A program made the translations under genes and the position numbers. Below the pieces are notes generated by a model. It was not told the origin of the DNA. It saw nothing but the letters and a program-made list of their open reading frames with translations, and searched no databases. A stretch of 64,000 nt of DNA from an uncultured Rhodobacteraceae bacterium (GTDB taxonomy: Bacteria > Bacteroidota > Bacteroidia > Flavobacteriales > Flavobacteriaceae), in the NCBI GenBank assembly GCA_943788135.1, contig CALSPC010000010.1:7848-71847 (forward strand), written 5' to 3'. Each line of letters opens with the position of its first letter. Position 1 is the stretch's first letter. Shown here one piece after another: positions 30,682 to 43,600 of the stretch.

Positions 30682-31686
30682 TTACATGCCATAAAAACGA
30701 CTGTTATCGCCTCTTTTGTTCTTGTTGTCAGGATTGAAATCAAATGTAATATACAGTTCAAAACTATTAAAGTCCGTACCAACAGGCCCTGTAGACCCCA
30801 TGTCAATTGAGTAATTAAAACCGAGCTCTATTTGTTGGACAAAAAGACTTAATGAGGTTCCAAATTGAGAAATTGTAATCCCTTCGTAATTATTAACATG
30901 CTGATTAAGTCCTATAGAAATATTCCCTAAAATCACTTCTTGAAAAAGATCAATTCTAGACTGTACGCCTTGCATGGTAAAGGAGTTGTACAAAAACAAA
31001 TACGAAAATGAAGGTAAAATTCCTTGATCATAAGGGTTTAGATCCAGTTCATATCCAGCTTGCAAAGAAAGCAATAATTCTCTCTTGTTTTTGGCTGTAG
31101 AATTAAAAGACGTATCTGGTGTGTTTAAATGTTTTGCATTAAGACCAAAAAATAAATTCTCACTATTATGAACAGAAAAACCTGCAGCTATATCAAAATA
31201 ATTTATTTTACCATCAATATTTACAGGATCAATAGTAACTCCTGCGACACTTCCAGTTAATACATTGATTTGATCTTCAAAAATTAAATTATTATAATTT
31301 AAAGTACTGTTACCATAACCGATGGATACAGAAGGATTAAAGGTCCATTTATAGTTTAGTTGCGTTCTGTAGATATAATGTAAATTGGCGCTAGAGACAG
31401 CATATCCAAGACTATTAACATCTATGGTCTTAACGTCTAATGCCAATGAAAAGTCGCTTTGACTAAAAAAATGATTAACAAAGGCAAATTTTGTTTCGAT
31501 TTTACTGGAATCATTAAACCCTTCGACTCCAGTGAGTACTCCAGCTTTGGAAGAGTCACCAAAGGCATAAAAACTTGGGTTTTGAGCACCCATAATTTTA
31601 TTTTGGTTTTTTATGGTGTTGTCTTGAGCAAATCCAAGATTAGCAGCAAGGAGTACAACTCCAATATATAGAGATTTAAATTTCAT
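30682..31686 (-). CDS. PorP/SprF-family type IX secretion system membrane protein
   Basis: The 334-aa protein has a signal peptide and a beta-barrel-like alternating pattern. It starts 9 nt downstream of a type-B-CTD giant gene, the same arrangement as sprB-sprF. Confidence 0.8.
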   Translation of the reverse strand: MKFKSLYIGVVLLAANLGFAQDNTIKNQNKIMGAQNPSFYAFGDSSKAGVLTGVEGFNDSSKIETKFAFVNHFFSQSDFSLALDVKTIDVNSLGYAVSSANLHYIYRTQLNYKWTFNPSVSIGYGNSTLNYNNLIFEDQINVLTGSVAGVTIDPVNIDGKINYFDIAAGFSVHNSENLFFGLNAKHLNTPDTSFNSTAKNKRELLLSLQAGYELDLNPYDQGILPSFSYLFLYNSFTMQGVQSRIDLFQEVILGNISIGLNQHVNNYEGITISQFGTSLSLFVQQIELGFNYSIDMGSTGPVGTDFNSFELYITFDFNPDNKNKRGDNSRFYGM

Positions 31687-31694
31687 ATTCTGTA

Positions 31695-34600
31695 TTATTT
31701 TATAAGTATAAATTGACCGGTTTTCTCAACAACTTTTCCATCAATAGTTGTTGCCATTACGTAGTATTTATAATTTCCATTTTTAGGTTCGTCATTTCCT
31801 TTTTTCAATCCATCCCATCCCCAATTGGAATCTAGAGCAGAGACTTCTGAGGTAATTTCATAAACTACGTTACCCCAACTGTCATACACATACATAGAGA
31901 CTTCGGTAAAGCCAATTAATGAGGCTCTAAACACATCATTAATACCATCACCATTAGGAGAAAATGCGGTCGGTGTCATAATGTTTGCACCACGACCTAC
32001 ACTTATAACTTGAGAGACAGTTCGTGAACATCCCAATCTATTGAATACGGTAAACGTTACTGTATAAATACCATCTATGGTGTAAGAATGGAAAACTGTT
32101 TTGAAACTATCCCCAGCAGAATTAGGAACTAAATCTTCTGGATTAAAGAACACCTTAAATGGAGAGTTGTCTCCAAAATCCCAAACCACATAATCGTATT
32201 CGGCTGGAATATTATTAAGGTCAACCGTATTTGTAAACTCTATACTTTCATTAACATCTATAGAATTATAGGTAACAAAATTTAGTGATGTATATTCAAA
32301 GCCAGGAGATTCTATTGGCGTACTAATCTCAATTGAATTCCAACAGTTTTGATCATTTTTCACCTTAAGAACCCCAGATGAGTCTGTTGGATTATCAATT
32401 GCCAATTCGTAGGTAGAATCTCCTAAATAGGTCTGAGGTACTAAAACATCGTTATAATAGAACGTTAGACTAGGGTCTAAACTTGCTACCTTAATTCTAA
32501 TATTTCCTGGAGTATCAGCACATAATGAATCATCTAATTCTACCGACTCAATATTAAGTGAACTGTAATCAAATATTGTGAATAGATATGGCGTTGATTC
32601 GCATGAATTACTATCTTCAACAGTTAGATAATATAATCCAGCTCTTAGATCACAGATATTAAAGTAATTATTATTCGCAACTGGAATTGGAGTTAATGTT
32701 TGGGACGAAGGATCTAAAAACTCTAATAAGAAATTGGTGTAAATTCCTGTACCACCAGTAAAATCAAAATTAGCACAGCCTAAACTTCCATTACACGACA
32801 CATTGGATGTTGAAACTAATGAAATTTCTACAGGTTGAATAGCATCAATAACGTATGATTTTGTTGGAATTGCACATCCAAGACTATCCGTTCCACTAAC
32901 GGTATAAACTCCAGGTTCAAGACCTGTAATCGTCGCTTGATTTTGTTGATATCCATTAGGTCCTGTCCAAGTAATAGCATACAACCCTCCTACACTTGCA
33001 CCCCCTCGAATATCAATTGAAATCGCACCATCATTTGCATCAAAACAAGTAATTTGAGTGACTTGTTCATCAAAAATGGCAATCGGAGTTGAAACTGTTA
33101 AAACCCCAGTTTTTATTCGCGAACACGGTAAAGTTGTTATGGCATAATTAAATATACCCGACTCAATTGGAGTTCCCGAAATTGTTAATGTTCCTGAAGC
33201 GGTATCATAATTTGAAATGACACCTGTTGGCAACCCTGTTACAGTGACGCCAGTAGCACCTGTTAAGGCGTATACTATTGGAGAAATTGGCGCATTGAAA
33301 TTAGTTTGACACAATTGCTGATCGTCCGTGCCTACGGCAGAAGTTAATTCAATAGAAACATTTGAATTAATATTGGTTATAGAGAATAATTGCGTTGCTA
33401 CACATCCTGTTGTGACCACATTAAAATTAAAAGTTCCAAAGTTGACTGGCGTTCCAGAAACTGTATAAATTCCTGTACCAGCATCAAAATCTAAGACAAG
33501 ATTATCTGGTAAATTAAGTGTTTCGATTCCTGTTGCTCCACCACCAATTGTAAAGGTAATTGGCTCGATACTTCCACTTTGACATATCGCTTGATTGATC
33601 GTTGAAGCTGCACTAGTCACTGTAATTGTAGCCTCTTGTCGGACATCTAATGTAAAGGATTGCGATGCTGCAATTCCACAAGAACCAATCGTTGTAACGA
33701 TATAATTTTGAGCCACACTCATAGCATTGGTTGGTGTACCCGAAATAGTCACTATTCCAGAATTTACGGTATAATTCACGCCAACAGGTAATGCTGGTGA
33801 AATATTAACATCATTAACTCCAGATGATACTAAGAACACTACAGGATCAATTGGTGAATTCTGACATGTAGCCTGCGTACTGTTTGTCGAAATAAACGCT
33901 ATATCTTGGTCTGGATCTACAGTTATAACTCCAGATAACACATTACTACAGCCTTGGTCAGAACTAATTGTATAGTTGTAAACGCCACTCTGTGTTGGTA
34001 CCCCTGAAATAATTCCTGTTGTTGGATTAAAAGTAACCCCCGGAATGGTTGGTGTCATCACAAGGTTTGACGTTGCTGGTGAAATGGCATATTGAATTGG
34101 AGTTGCAAATGCAGTTCCCTCACAAACAATTGGATTAGGATCTCCAGAAACTAAACTAATATTAGAAACCTCTTTTATTTCTATCGTACCGCCATAAGTA
34201 TCTGCACTACAAATTCCAAATGAATTCACCGTATAATTAAATGTTCCTATTTCACAAGAAGCACCCGAAATTGTTAAAATATTTGATGAAATTGACCAAG
34301 TAATCCCCGCAGGCATTTGAGGTGTGAATTGCACATCTCCTCCGGTGGCACCGCCACCTAAGTTATACGAAATTGGTGCTAACGTATCACAAGAACAAAG
34401 TTCTTGATTTATTGTCGTTGGTGTCAACTCCGTAATTTCATCATTTGAATTCACAACAATAGAGCCACCGTAAGATGAATTACATCCATTCGTTGAACCA
34501 GCTGTATTAACTACATAATTAAAAGTTCCTGAGCTTGTTGGATTCCCACTTATGGTTAATGTATTAAGACTAGGATCAAAAGTTGAAACCAAACCTGAAG

Positions 34601-37600
34601 GCAGCCCTGTTACATAAGCACTTGTCGCTGAACCACCAATTGCATACACTATTGGATCGAGTGCAGTATCCTGACAAACAACTTGACTTACTGTACTTGA
34701 GTTTTGTGGAATTATAGTCCCTTGCTCTTGAACATCAACAAAAGCCTCATTTGGCAATATAATAGTTGTTGACGAACAAGCGTTAGGCGATGAGGAGTCC
34801 GACACGCTCAATAATGTAATTACATTGGAACCAAAATTTGCGGTTGAAATTGATACTGTTGCCGAATTTGAAGTACCGCTAGAAATGACTTGACTTACTG
34901 GATCTGAATTTACCTGATACGTAAATGTATAAGGCGCAACGCCGTTTGAGCCTTCAAAAGTAATGAAAGGTTCTGCATCATTTTCACAAACCAAATAGCT
35001 ATTTAGCCCCGTAATTGTGGCCACTGGACTAGGATTTACAATAATTGTAAACGTCTCTGTGGATTCACAAGTTTGCCCAGCATTTGTATAGGTACCTGTC
35101 ACAGTAACTGTTGCTGTCTGTGGCGTTGACCCCGTATTTACGGCTGTAAATGAAGGAATATCTGTTGATCCACTCGGTGCTAATCCTATAGAAGTATTAT
35201 CATTGATCCATGAGTAATTAACCGTACCTCCTGTATTATTAGACATAAAAGTTATTGGCGAAGTCGGTGCTCCGTTACAGACAGATTGATCTGCTGGTGG
35301 TACTAAGTCCAAGACCGGATTTACCGTGATTAAGAAATCTTTAGGAGCGCCAATACAAGCAACCCCATCTTTTGTAAATATCGGTGTGACTGTAATTGTA
35401 GACACATTTGGAGCTGACCCCGTATTAAGTGCCGTAAAGGCTAAAATAGGGCCCGTTCCACTAGCACCCAAACCTGTACTTGTATTATCATTAGACCAAG
35501 TATAAGTGGTCGTACCAAGTGTGTTCAAAGAGGTGAAATTAATTTCTGTTGTTAATTCACCAGTACAAACCGTTTGATCTGATGGCTGAATTACATGAGC
35601 ACTTGGATTTACTGTTATAGTAAATACTTCAGAAGGTCCCGAACATGAGACCGAACCGTTTGTGTACGTTGGAGTTACTGTAATTGTAGCTACAACTGGA
35701 GTAAATCCTGTATTGAATGCTGTAAAAGATGGAATATCACTAGCGCCATTTGCAACCAATCCAATAGTAGTATTGTTATTAACCCAGCTGTAAGTCGTTG
35801 TTCCACCTAAATTATTTGATGAAAAGCTTACTAAGTTTGTGTTTTCACCATTACAAAGAACCTGAGAAATTGGCGTATTCAGTTCTGCGGTTGGATTAAC
35901 CGTGATGGTAAATGTTTCTGAAGGTCCAGAACAGCTTACTCCTGCATTTGTATAAATTGGAATAACCGTAATGGAGGCAACAACTGGAATGTTACCAGAA
36001 TTCAAAGCAACAAAAGATGGAATATTACCCGACCCCGAAGCGCCCAAGCCAATACTAGTATTGGTATTAGTCCATTCGTAAGTTGTAGCTCCTGAATTAT
36101 TAGCTGAGGTAAAATTCACGGAATTGGTAGAACCAGAATTACAAACCGTTTGATTTACAGGTGCAACAACATCAGCTGAAGGATTAACCGTAATTGAAAA
36201 ACTTATTGGTGAACCTTCACAACTCTCAGCTCCGTTTGTGAAAGTTGGTGTGACTAGTATCGTCGCTACTGATGGAATTAAACCCGTATTAATTGCGGTG
36301 AACGAAGATATATTACCTACTCCACTAGGGGCCAACCCAATACTTGAGTTATTATTGGTCCATGTGTAAGTTGTTGTTCCGCCTAAATTATTAGAATTAA
36401 AATTATAGAAGAAAGAATCGCCATTACAAAGTACTTGTGCTAAAGGTTGATCCATTTCAGGCTCAGGATTAACTGTAATTGTAAATGTTTTAGGATCCCC
36501 TTGACAACTTACAGAACCATTCTCATAAAAAGGAGTCACTGTTATAATTCCTACAGCCGTGGTGTTCGAATTATTAGAAGCCACAAAAGGAGGTATTGTT
36601 CCTGTTCCTGATCCTGCTAATCCAATACTTGGATTAGAATTTGTCCATAAAAAGGTGGTCGTTCCAGAACTATTTGTCGTCGTAAAGCTAACTGCTGTTG
36701 TCGATTCGCCATTACATACAACTATAGGACTAGGTTGATCTACCTGACCTGAAGGATTCACGATAATGGTAAACGTTTCAGATGGTCCAGTGCATGATGT
36801 TCCACCATTTGTAAATGTAGGAGTTACATTTATAGTGGCTACAACTGGAGCTCCTGTCGTATTAGATGCTATAAACGTTGAAATACTCCCCGTTCCTGAA
36901 GCTGCTAATCCAATACTTGTATCAGAATTTGCCCAGCTGTAAGTGTTAAGACCTCCAGTATTTGCCGAGGTAAACGTTAGATCTGTAGAATCCCCATTAC
37001 AAACAACCTGAGGTGCTGTTTGCGGATTCACTTGTGCCACCGGATTAACTGTAATGGTATATGTTTTTGAAGGTCCAGAACAAATTTCTCCTGCATTGTC
37101 AAAAGATGGAGTCACCGTAATTGTAGACACTATAGGAGTTGTTCCAGTATTTGTAGCATTAAAAGCCGGCACATCTCCTGTACCACTTGTAAAAGTAAGA
37201 CCGGTTGAAATGTTGTCATTTGTCCATGAATACGTAGTTGTACCTACTGTATTTGAGGAACTAAAGATAGTACTAGCCACAGGATCTCCATTACAAACCA
37301 CTACCGAAACAGGTTGATTAACTTGTGCAGAAGGGTTAACTGTAATCGTGAAGTTTTCTGTAGCCCCAGGACAACTTACACCCTCATTGGTAAATGTTGG
37401 TGTAACCGAAAGACTTGCTGTTATAGGCGCATTTCCTGTATTAACAACCGAGAATACTGGAATCGATCCAACTCCAGATGCAGGAATTCCAATACTTGGA
37501 GTATTATTAGTCCATGCATATGTGGTGGTACCCACACTATTTGAGGTCGTAAAGTCAACGGTTGTGGTATCTCCATTACAAAGCATTTGTGATGCAGGAG

Positions 37601-40600
37601 GTATCATATCTGCATTTGGATTAACCGTAATTGTAAATACTTTATTTGAGCCAATACAATCTACACCATCGTAACTAAATGTTGGTGTTACTGTAAGTGT
37701 TGAGGTTATAGGAGTCGTTCCAGGGTTTGTGGTGGTGAATGATATGCTAGATCCAGAACCAGTACTACTAAGTAAACCAATTGCAGAATTACTATTTGTC
37801 CAGCTATAGCTCGTAGTACCTACTGTATTAGGAGTAGTAAAATTGATAACTGCAACATCTGATTCACAGAAAACCTCGTTTGAAGGTTGATTCACCTCTG
37901 CTGCAGGATTTACTGTAATTGTAAACGTTTCTGTTGGACCAGGGCAACTGAAACCATTTTCTGTATATGTAGGTGTTACTGTAATCGTGGCAATCTGAGG
38001 AATCGTACTTGTATTGGTTGCTGAAAATGCAGAGATATCTCCCGTTCCTGAAGCTGATATCGAGCCAATAGACGTATTATTATTTGTCCAAGCATACGTT
38101 GTCGTTCCAACTGTTGTGCTTGTGAATTCGATTTTTGGTATTAAATCACCTGCACATACAGTTGTTGATCCAATCGGATTCACTTGTGCTGATGGGTTGA
38201 CCGTTATCGTAAAGGACTTAGGATTACCAGTACAAGGAACTAAACCATTTGTAAAGGTTGGTGTCACCGTGATGGTAGCAACTTGTGGAGTGCCGGTAGA
38301 ATTTAAGGCTGTAAATGAGTTTATACCATCGACTCCATTAAGCGCTAAACCAATATTAGCATTATCATTAGTCCAATCATAAGTTGTTGTCCCAACCGTA
38401 TTTAAGGTGGTAAAATTAATAGCTGATACTATTTCGCCTTCACATATGTTAAGAGATGTCGGTTGATCTATTTGAGCCGACGGGTTGACTGTTATTGTAA
38501 ATGTTTCAGGGGATCCCGTACAATCCTTACCATTGAAGGTATAGGTTGGTGTGACAACAAGCGTTGCCACTTGAGGGATCGTAGAAGTATTAGTAACCGG
38601 AAATGACCCAATATTATCCGCAGAACCTGCTGCAGCTAAGCCTATACTCGTATTGTCGTTCGTCCAACTGTAAGTTGTGGTACCTGAAGTATTTGAAGTT
38701 GAAAACAGTATTGAAGTCGTACTATCTCCATTACACACTACTTGCGACGAAATTGGATTGACTTGAGCTGCTGGATTAATTGTAATTGTAAAAGTCTTTG
38801 AAGGTCCAGAACAAGAAATCCCTCCGTTATCAAACGTTGGCGTCACTACTATTGTTGCTACTTGACTAACATTTGAAGTATTGGTCATTGCGATATTTAG
38901 AATATCATCCGAACCAGTTAATGGTAATCCTATTGAAGAATTATCATTGGTCCATGTATACCCTGAAACGCCTCCAATATTAGTCGTGTCAAAATCCACA
39001 TTCAAGAAATCTCCAACACATAAATCTTCATCACTTGGTTGAATAACGTTTGGTTCTGGGTTTACAATGACATCAAATGTGATTGGATTACCAGTACATC
39101 CAGAAGAATTTGCAGGTAGTGACACCGAATAGGTCACTGTTATAGGTGCATTTGTAGCATTAGTTAAGACTTCACTTATTGTGTCTATTCCAGACGTAGC
39201 AGCTTCAATAATTCCTGCGACATTAGCTCTGGTCCAATTGATGTTTCCAGGCACATTAGAAGTAAAGGAATGATTAACCGTTTCTGCTGAACATAACGCA
39301 GCTACTGGATCTGATGAAGTTAAAATTGGATTCGGATTAACATCGACAGTAATTGTTTCTGAATCTACACAACCATCTGCAGAAGTCATTACAATATCAT
39401 AATTCACTGGAATAGTAACTGAACTTGTATTTATTAAGATTTCGCTAATGATTCCTGTTCCAGCTCCAGCAGTATTTGAAATGCCAGAAACTACCGCTCT
39501 TGTCCAGCTAAAAGTAGTACTTGCTAATGCTGATGTTGGTACATAATTAAAAGTATCATCACTACAAATTGAAGGTGGAGTCAATGTACTCGTTAGCGTA
39601 GGTTTAGGTTGTACCGTGATCGCAAAAGCTGCAGAAGATGCTCCCAACCCACAAGAATTATTTCCTTGAACAGATAAATTTCCTGAAACTGCTGAGGCAG
39701 TAAATGAAATAGAAATTGTGTTGGTAGCAGTAGAAATTGTACTGCCATTAGGAAGCGTCCACAAATAAGACACTGCATTCGGAATTACAGTAGTCGTATA
39801 ATCATAAGTCGACCCAGCACATACTATTTGATCACCAGAAACGATCCCCGTAGTTGGCAATTCATTAATCGTGATTGGTAAGGTAGAGTTTGGTCCACTA
39901 CCACAGCCATTAACGCCATTTACAGAAACATTTCCTGAAACCGCATTAATGCCATAATCAACACTAATTGAATTCGTTCCTTGTCCAGAAACTATTGTAG
40001 CACCGGTTGGCACTTGCCATTCATAAGTAATTACGTTTGAATTTACCGGAACGGTATATACAACTCCCGAATTGCCTTGACAAATCGTATTTAAACCTGT
40101 TATAGCCCCTAAATTTGGAATTGTACAATTAATGGTTAGCGTTACAGAATCTGAAACTGTTTCTGCACTACAAGCTCCTACTCCGTTTGCTGTTAGTTTT
40201 AAGACTTCTGGAGTACAACTGTTACTGAAAGACTCATAAACAACAGGATTTCCTAAGTTAAAATTCCCTGACAAAGTTCCCGAAGTCGTCCAACTCGTAG
40301 CACTCGCATTATCAACTGCAGTTCCTAAAATTGTAAAAGGAGCAATTGCAGTTCCTGGAATGTAACATATGGCACCATTATCACCAGCTTCAACTGAGGG
40401 AAGCGCTTGTGTAGTAACTGTAATCTCTTTAACGGCATTGTCTGTACACCCTCCTAATGGAGTTGCTACAAGACGAAGCCTCGTTACTTCATTGCTAAGA
40501 ATGTCTGTGCCTAAGCCTGAGTTAAAAATCCCAGTTGTTGGGTCTACATTTCCAGGACCATCAATAACACTCCATGTAAGCGTATCATAATCGGTTCCCG

Positions 40601-43600
40601 ATCCGTTTAACGCAATGCCTGTTGTATTGCTAACACAAATGCTTATGTCAGTTGCAGAAACTGTTGGATTCTTAATTATGTTAAGTAACATAAAACTACT
40701 GTCTACAGCACAACTACTGTTTCCTGAGCCTGTAATTGTGAGGTACACATAGCCTCTATTTATATCATCTATACTTGGAATATATTCTGGATTTACAGCC
40801 GTTGGATCTGTAAATGATCCCGGCAAATAAGTACCTGAAGAGGTACCATTACTGTTTTCAGAACTTATCCAAGAAACAGACGTTGCACTTGAAGTAGCGT
40901 CTAATAGAGCATAAGATTCTGATTCGCAAATCGTAGCGTTAACCCCTGCAAAGACCCCGACACCATCAGCGATGGTAACTTTTATAACATCTGTAACAAA
41001 TGTAGCACAAGCTGTATTAGAAACTCTAATTGTTAAATACACATAGCCTAAATCGATGTCATCTTGTGAAGGTGTATAACTTGGGTTCAAGATCGAATTG
41101 TTCGTGAATACTCCACCTAAATAAGCGCCTGAAGACGAGCCGTCACTGTTTTGTGAACTCGACCAAATTATAGTATCTGCATTTGTAGCAATTGTATTTA
41201 CAATATTGATGTTTGAGCTTTCACATATCGTAAAGTCAGCAGCAACCGACACTGTTGGTTGTGACTGAATGGTAACGGTCATAGTATCAGAAACATCTCC
41301 TGTACATGGTGCAATACTTGTAGCGGTTAGCGTTAATGTAATGACCCCTGTTTCACTAATTCCAGGATTATATTTTGGCGTTAAGGTATTAATTGTAGAG
41401 GCTTCAATACTTCCTGTTCCGTCATGAGACCAAGTAAACGTTGAAGCATTTGAAGTCGTAGCGCCATTTCCTGAAACGATGATATCTTCACCATCACAAA
41501 ACAGTAAAGAAGTACCCGCTTCAACTTCAAGAAGCGGTTGTAAATTAACGGTAATTGTTTCAGATTGAACAGTTGAACAACCCGCTTCAGGAACGGTTTC
41601 CACTTTCAATAAAACAAAGCCATTTGCAATTTCATTGACTGAAGGCGTAAAACTTGGAGTTTCTGAATTCACATTTGTGAGAACGCCAGGCGTTCCAGAT
41701 GCCCCTGTAACATTTGTCCAAACAATAGATGTAACGTTGCTGACGTCAATCAAATCTGGCAATGTAAATGTAGCACCACACATTGTAATGTCATTTGTTG
41801 TTGCAGTGAGTTCTGTTTCTTGATTAATAAAAATGGTCATGGTATCTAAAATAGCCACTTGAGAGCAAGCAGCATTAGGCATGGCTGAAAGTGTCAAAGT
41901 CACAGCGCTTGTATCATTAGAACCTAGAAGATATGTCGGATTAACTGTACTACTCGAATAATCAAAAGTACCATTTCCTGAAGTTGACCATGTGATACTG
42001 CTGTAATTACTAGCAGTTGCTGAACTTAAGATTACATCTGTATTTTCACAAATATCAAAAATATCTGGGCCTGCACTCACAATTGGATTCGCGTAAATTG
42101 TTAAGACCATCGCATCAGTTGACGAAGCACAGCCATTTGTAGACGTTGCTGTGAGGTCAAATTGAATCTCTTTGAATCCTGTTGCGGAATTAAAATCTGT
42201 AGGACCAGGAATGTAAATTGGTTGTAATGGATCTGCTGTAGACTGAATAATTCCACTACCGTTAGAAGTTATCCAAGAATACGTTGTAGAAGCAACTGGA
42301 TCGACTACCGAACCTACAAGTTGAAAAGATGCAGTTCCTTCACAAAGAATAGCATCGACTCCTGCATCAACTACAGGCGCTGCGTTTATTTCTAGGTTAA
42401 AGCTATCAGATATTGAAACTGGGCACACTCCAGTGCCTACAGCTGTTAACGTCACTACAGCGGTGCCAGTCGCTCCGGCATCTGATGCAATTACAGGAGT
42501 TAAGGTGCTTTCGCCAGAAACAATCTGAGCAGGACCTGTAACACTCCATGTATATGTGAATTCATTTAAAACACTTGCTCCAACTACAGTATAAGTTTCA
42601 GTAACACATATAGTAGCATTAACACCTGCATTAACCACAGGATCTGCTATAATTTCTAATTGAACTGGACTAGACGCGCTTGAGCATGAGCCATCTGTTG
42701 AAGAGGCTGTTAAAATCAAATCTACTATTCCTGTCTGACCAGCGGCTGGTGTATAAATCGTAGCCAAAGCATTAGTTGGCGTAAACGTTCCTAATCCATT
42801 AGATGATGTCCATTCTACGGAACCATAATTAGACGCAGAAATCTCCGAACTTGTGAGGGTTAAAGATTCACCTTCACAAATAGTTCTTGAAGCTGGAACC
42901 ACAACAATCGGACTAGGCACAATACTAATCGTTTTGGTATCCGTAATTGTTGTATTACAAGAATCATAGCCATTAACGGTTAGTGTCAAAATGATGTCTC
43001 CTGTAGTGCCTGGTGTTGGTACAATTACCGGATTTAAATCGTTTTGAGTTCCTGCTTGTAGTGTTGCAGGACCTGTTAAAGACCAATTAATATTTGTAGA
43101 AACTGAGGCATCGTAATTTGATGCAAAGGCATCATTAACTTGGTAAGAAACCGTTCCTTCACAAATGGATATGGGACCTCCCGCATCTGCAGTTGGATTG
43201 TTTTCAATTAACACTTCCAATGCATAAGAAACGTCTGGACAATTTGTATTAGAAAATCCTGTCATGGTTAGCGTTACTCGACCCAGGCTTAAATCTAAAG
43301 CAGAAGGTGTATATTCCGTATTTAGATTGGTAGGATCTGCAAAACCAGAAGTCGAAGCAGTAGAACTAGTCGACCATAAAATACTCGAGGAATCTGGCGC
43401 TAATCCAACTAATGCAATTGTATCGCCTTCACAAATTGAAGTCGGTGCTGTAAAACTAACCGTTTGTTCTGGGTTAAAGTTTAATGTAATTGTATCTGAT
43501 ACATCAAAGGCAGTTCCACAATCTGCTTTTGCAAGAGCCGTCACTTTTAAAACCACTTGTCCCGCAAATAACTGTGAAGCTGATGGTGTAAATGTAGGAT

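Noticed and set aside
37054-38382. Plus-strand ORFs of 76-153 aa inside the adhesin gene. They lie within this span and also at 40369-40590, 41635-41823, 43264-43725, 44818-45099, 47549-47833, 49045-49275 and 50785-51351.
   Set aside because: They are antisense to a continuous, strongly supported minus-strand frame. Their Val/Pro/Gly/Ser-rich low-complexity translations are what the reverse complement of Thr/Gly/Asn-rich codons gives. They have no start context and no motifs.
35030-39075. The regular ~288-bp periodicity could superficially suggest a CRISPR-like or satellite array.
   Set aside because: The period is far longer than a CRISPR repeat-spacer unit. There is no short conserved direct repeat, and the whole region is one open reading frame encoding protein modules.
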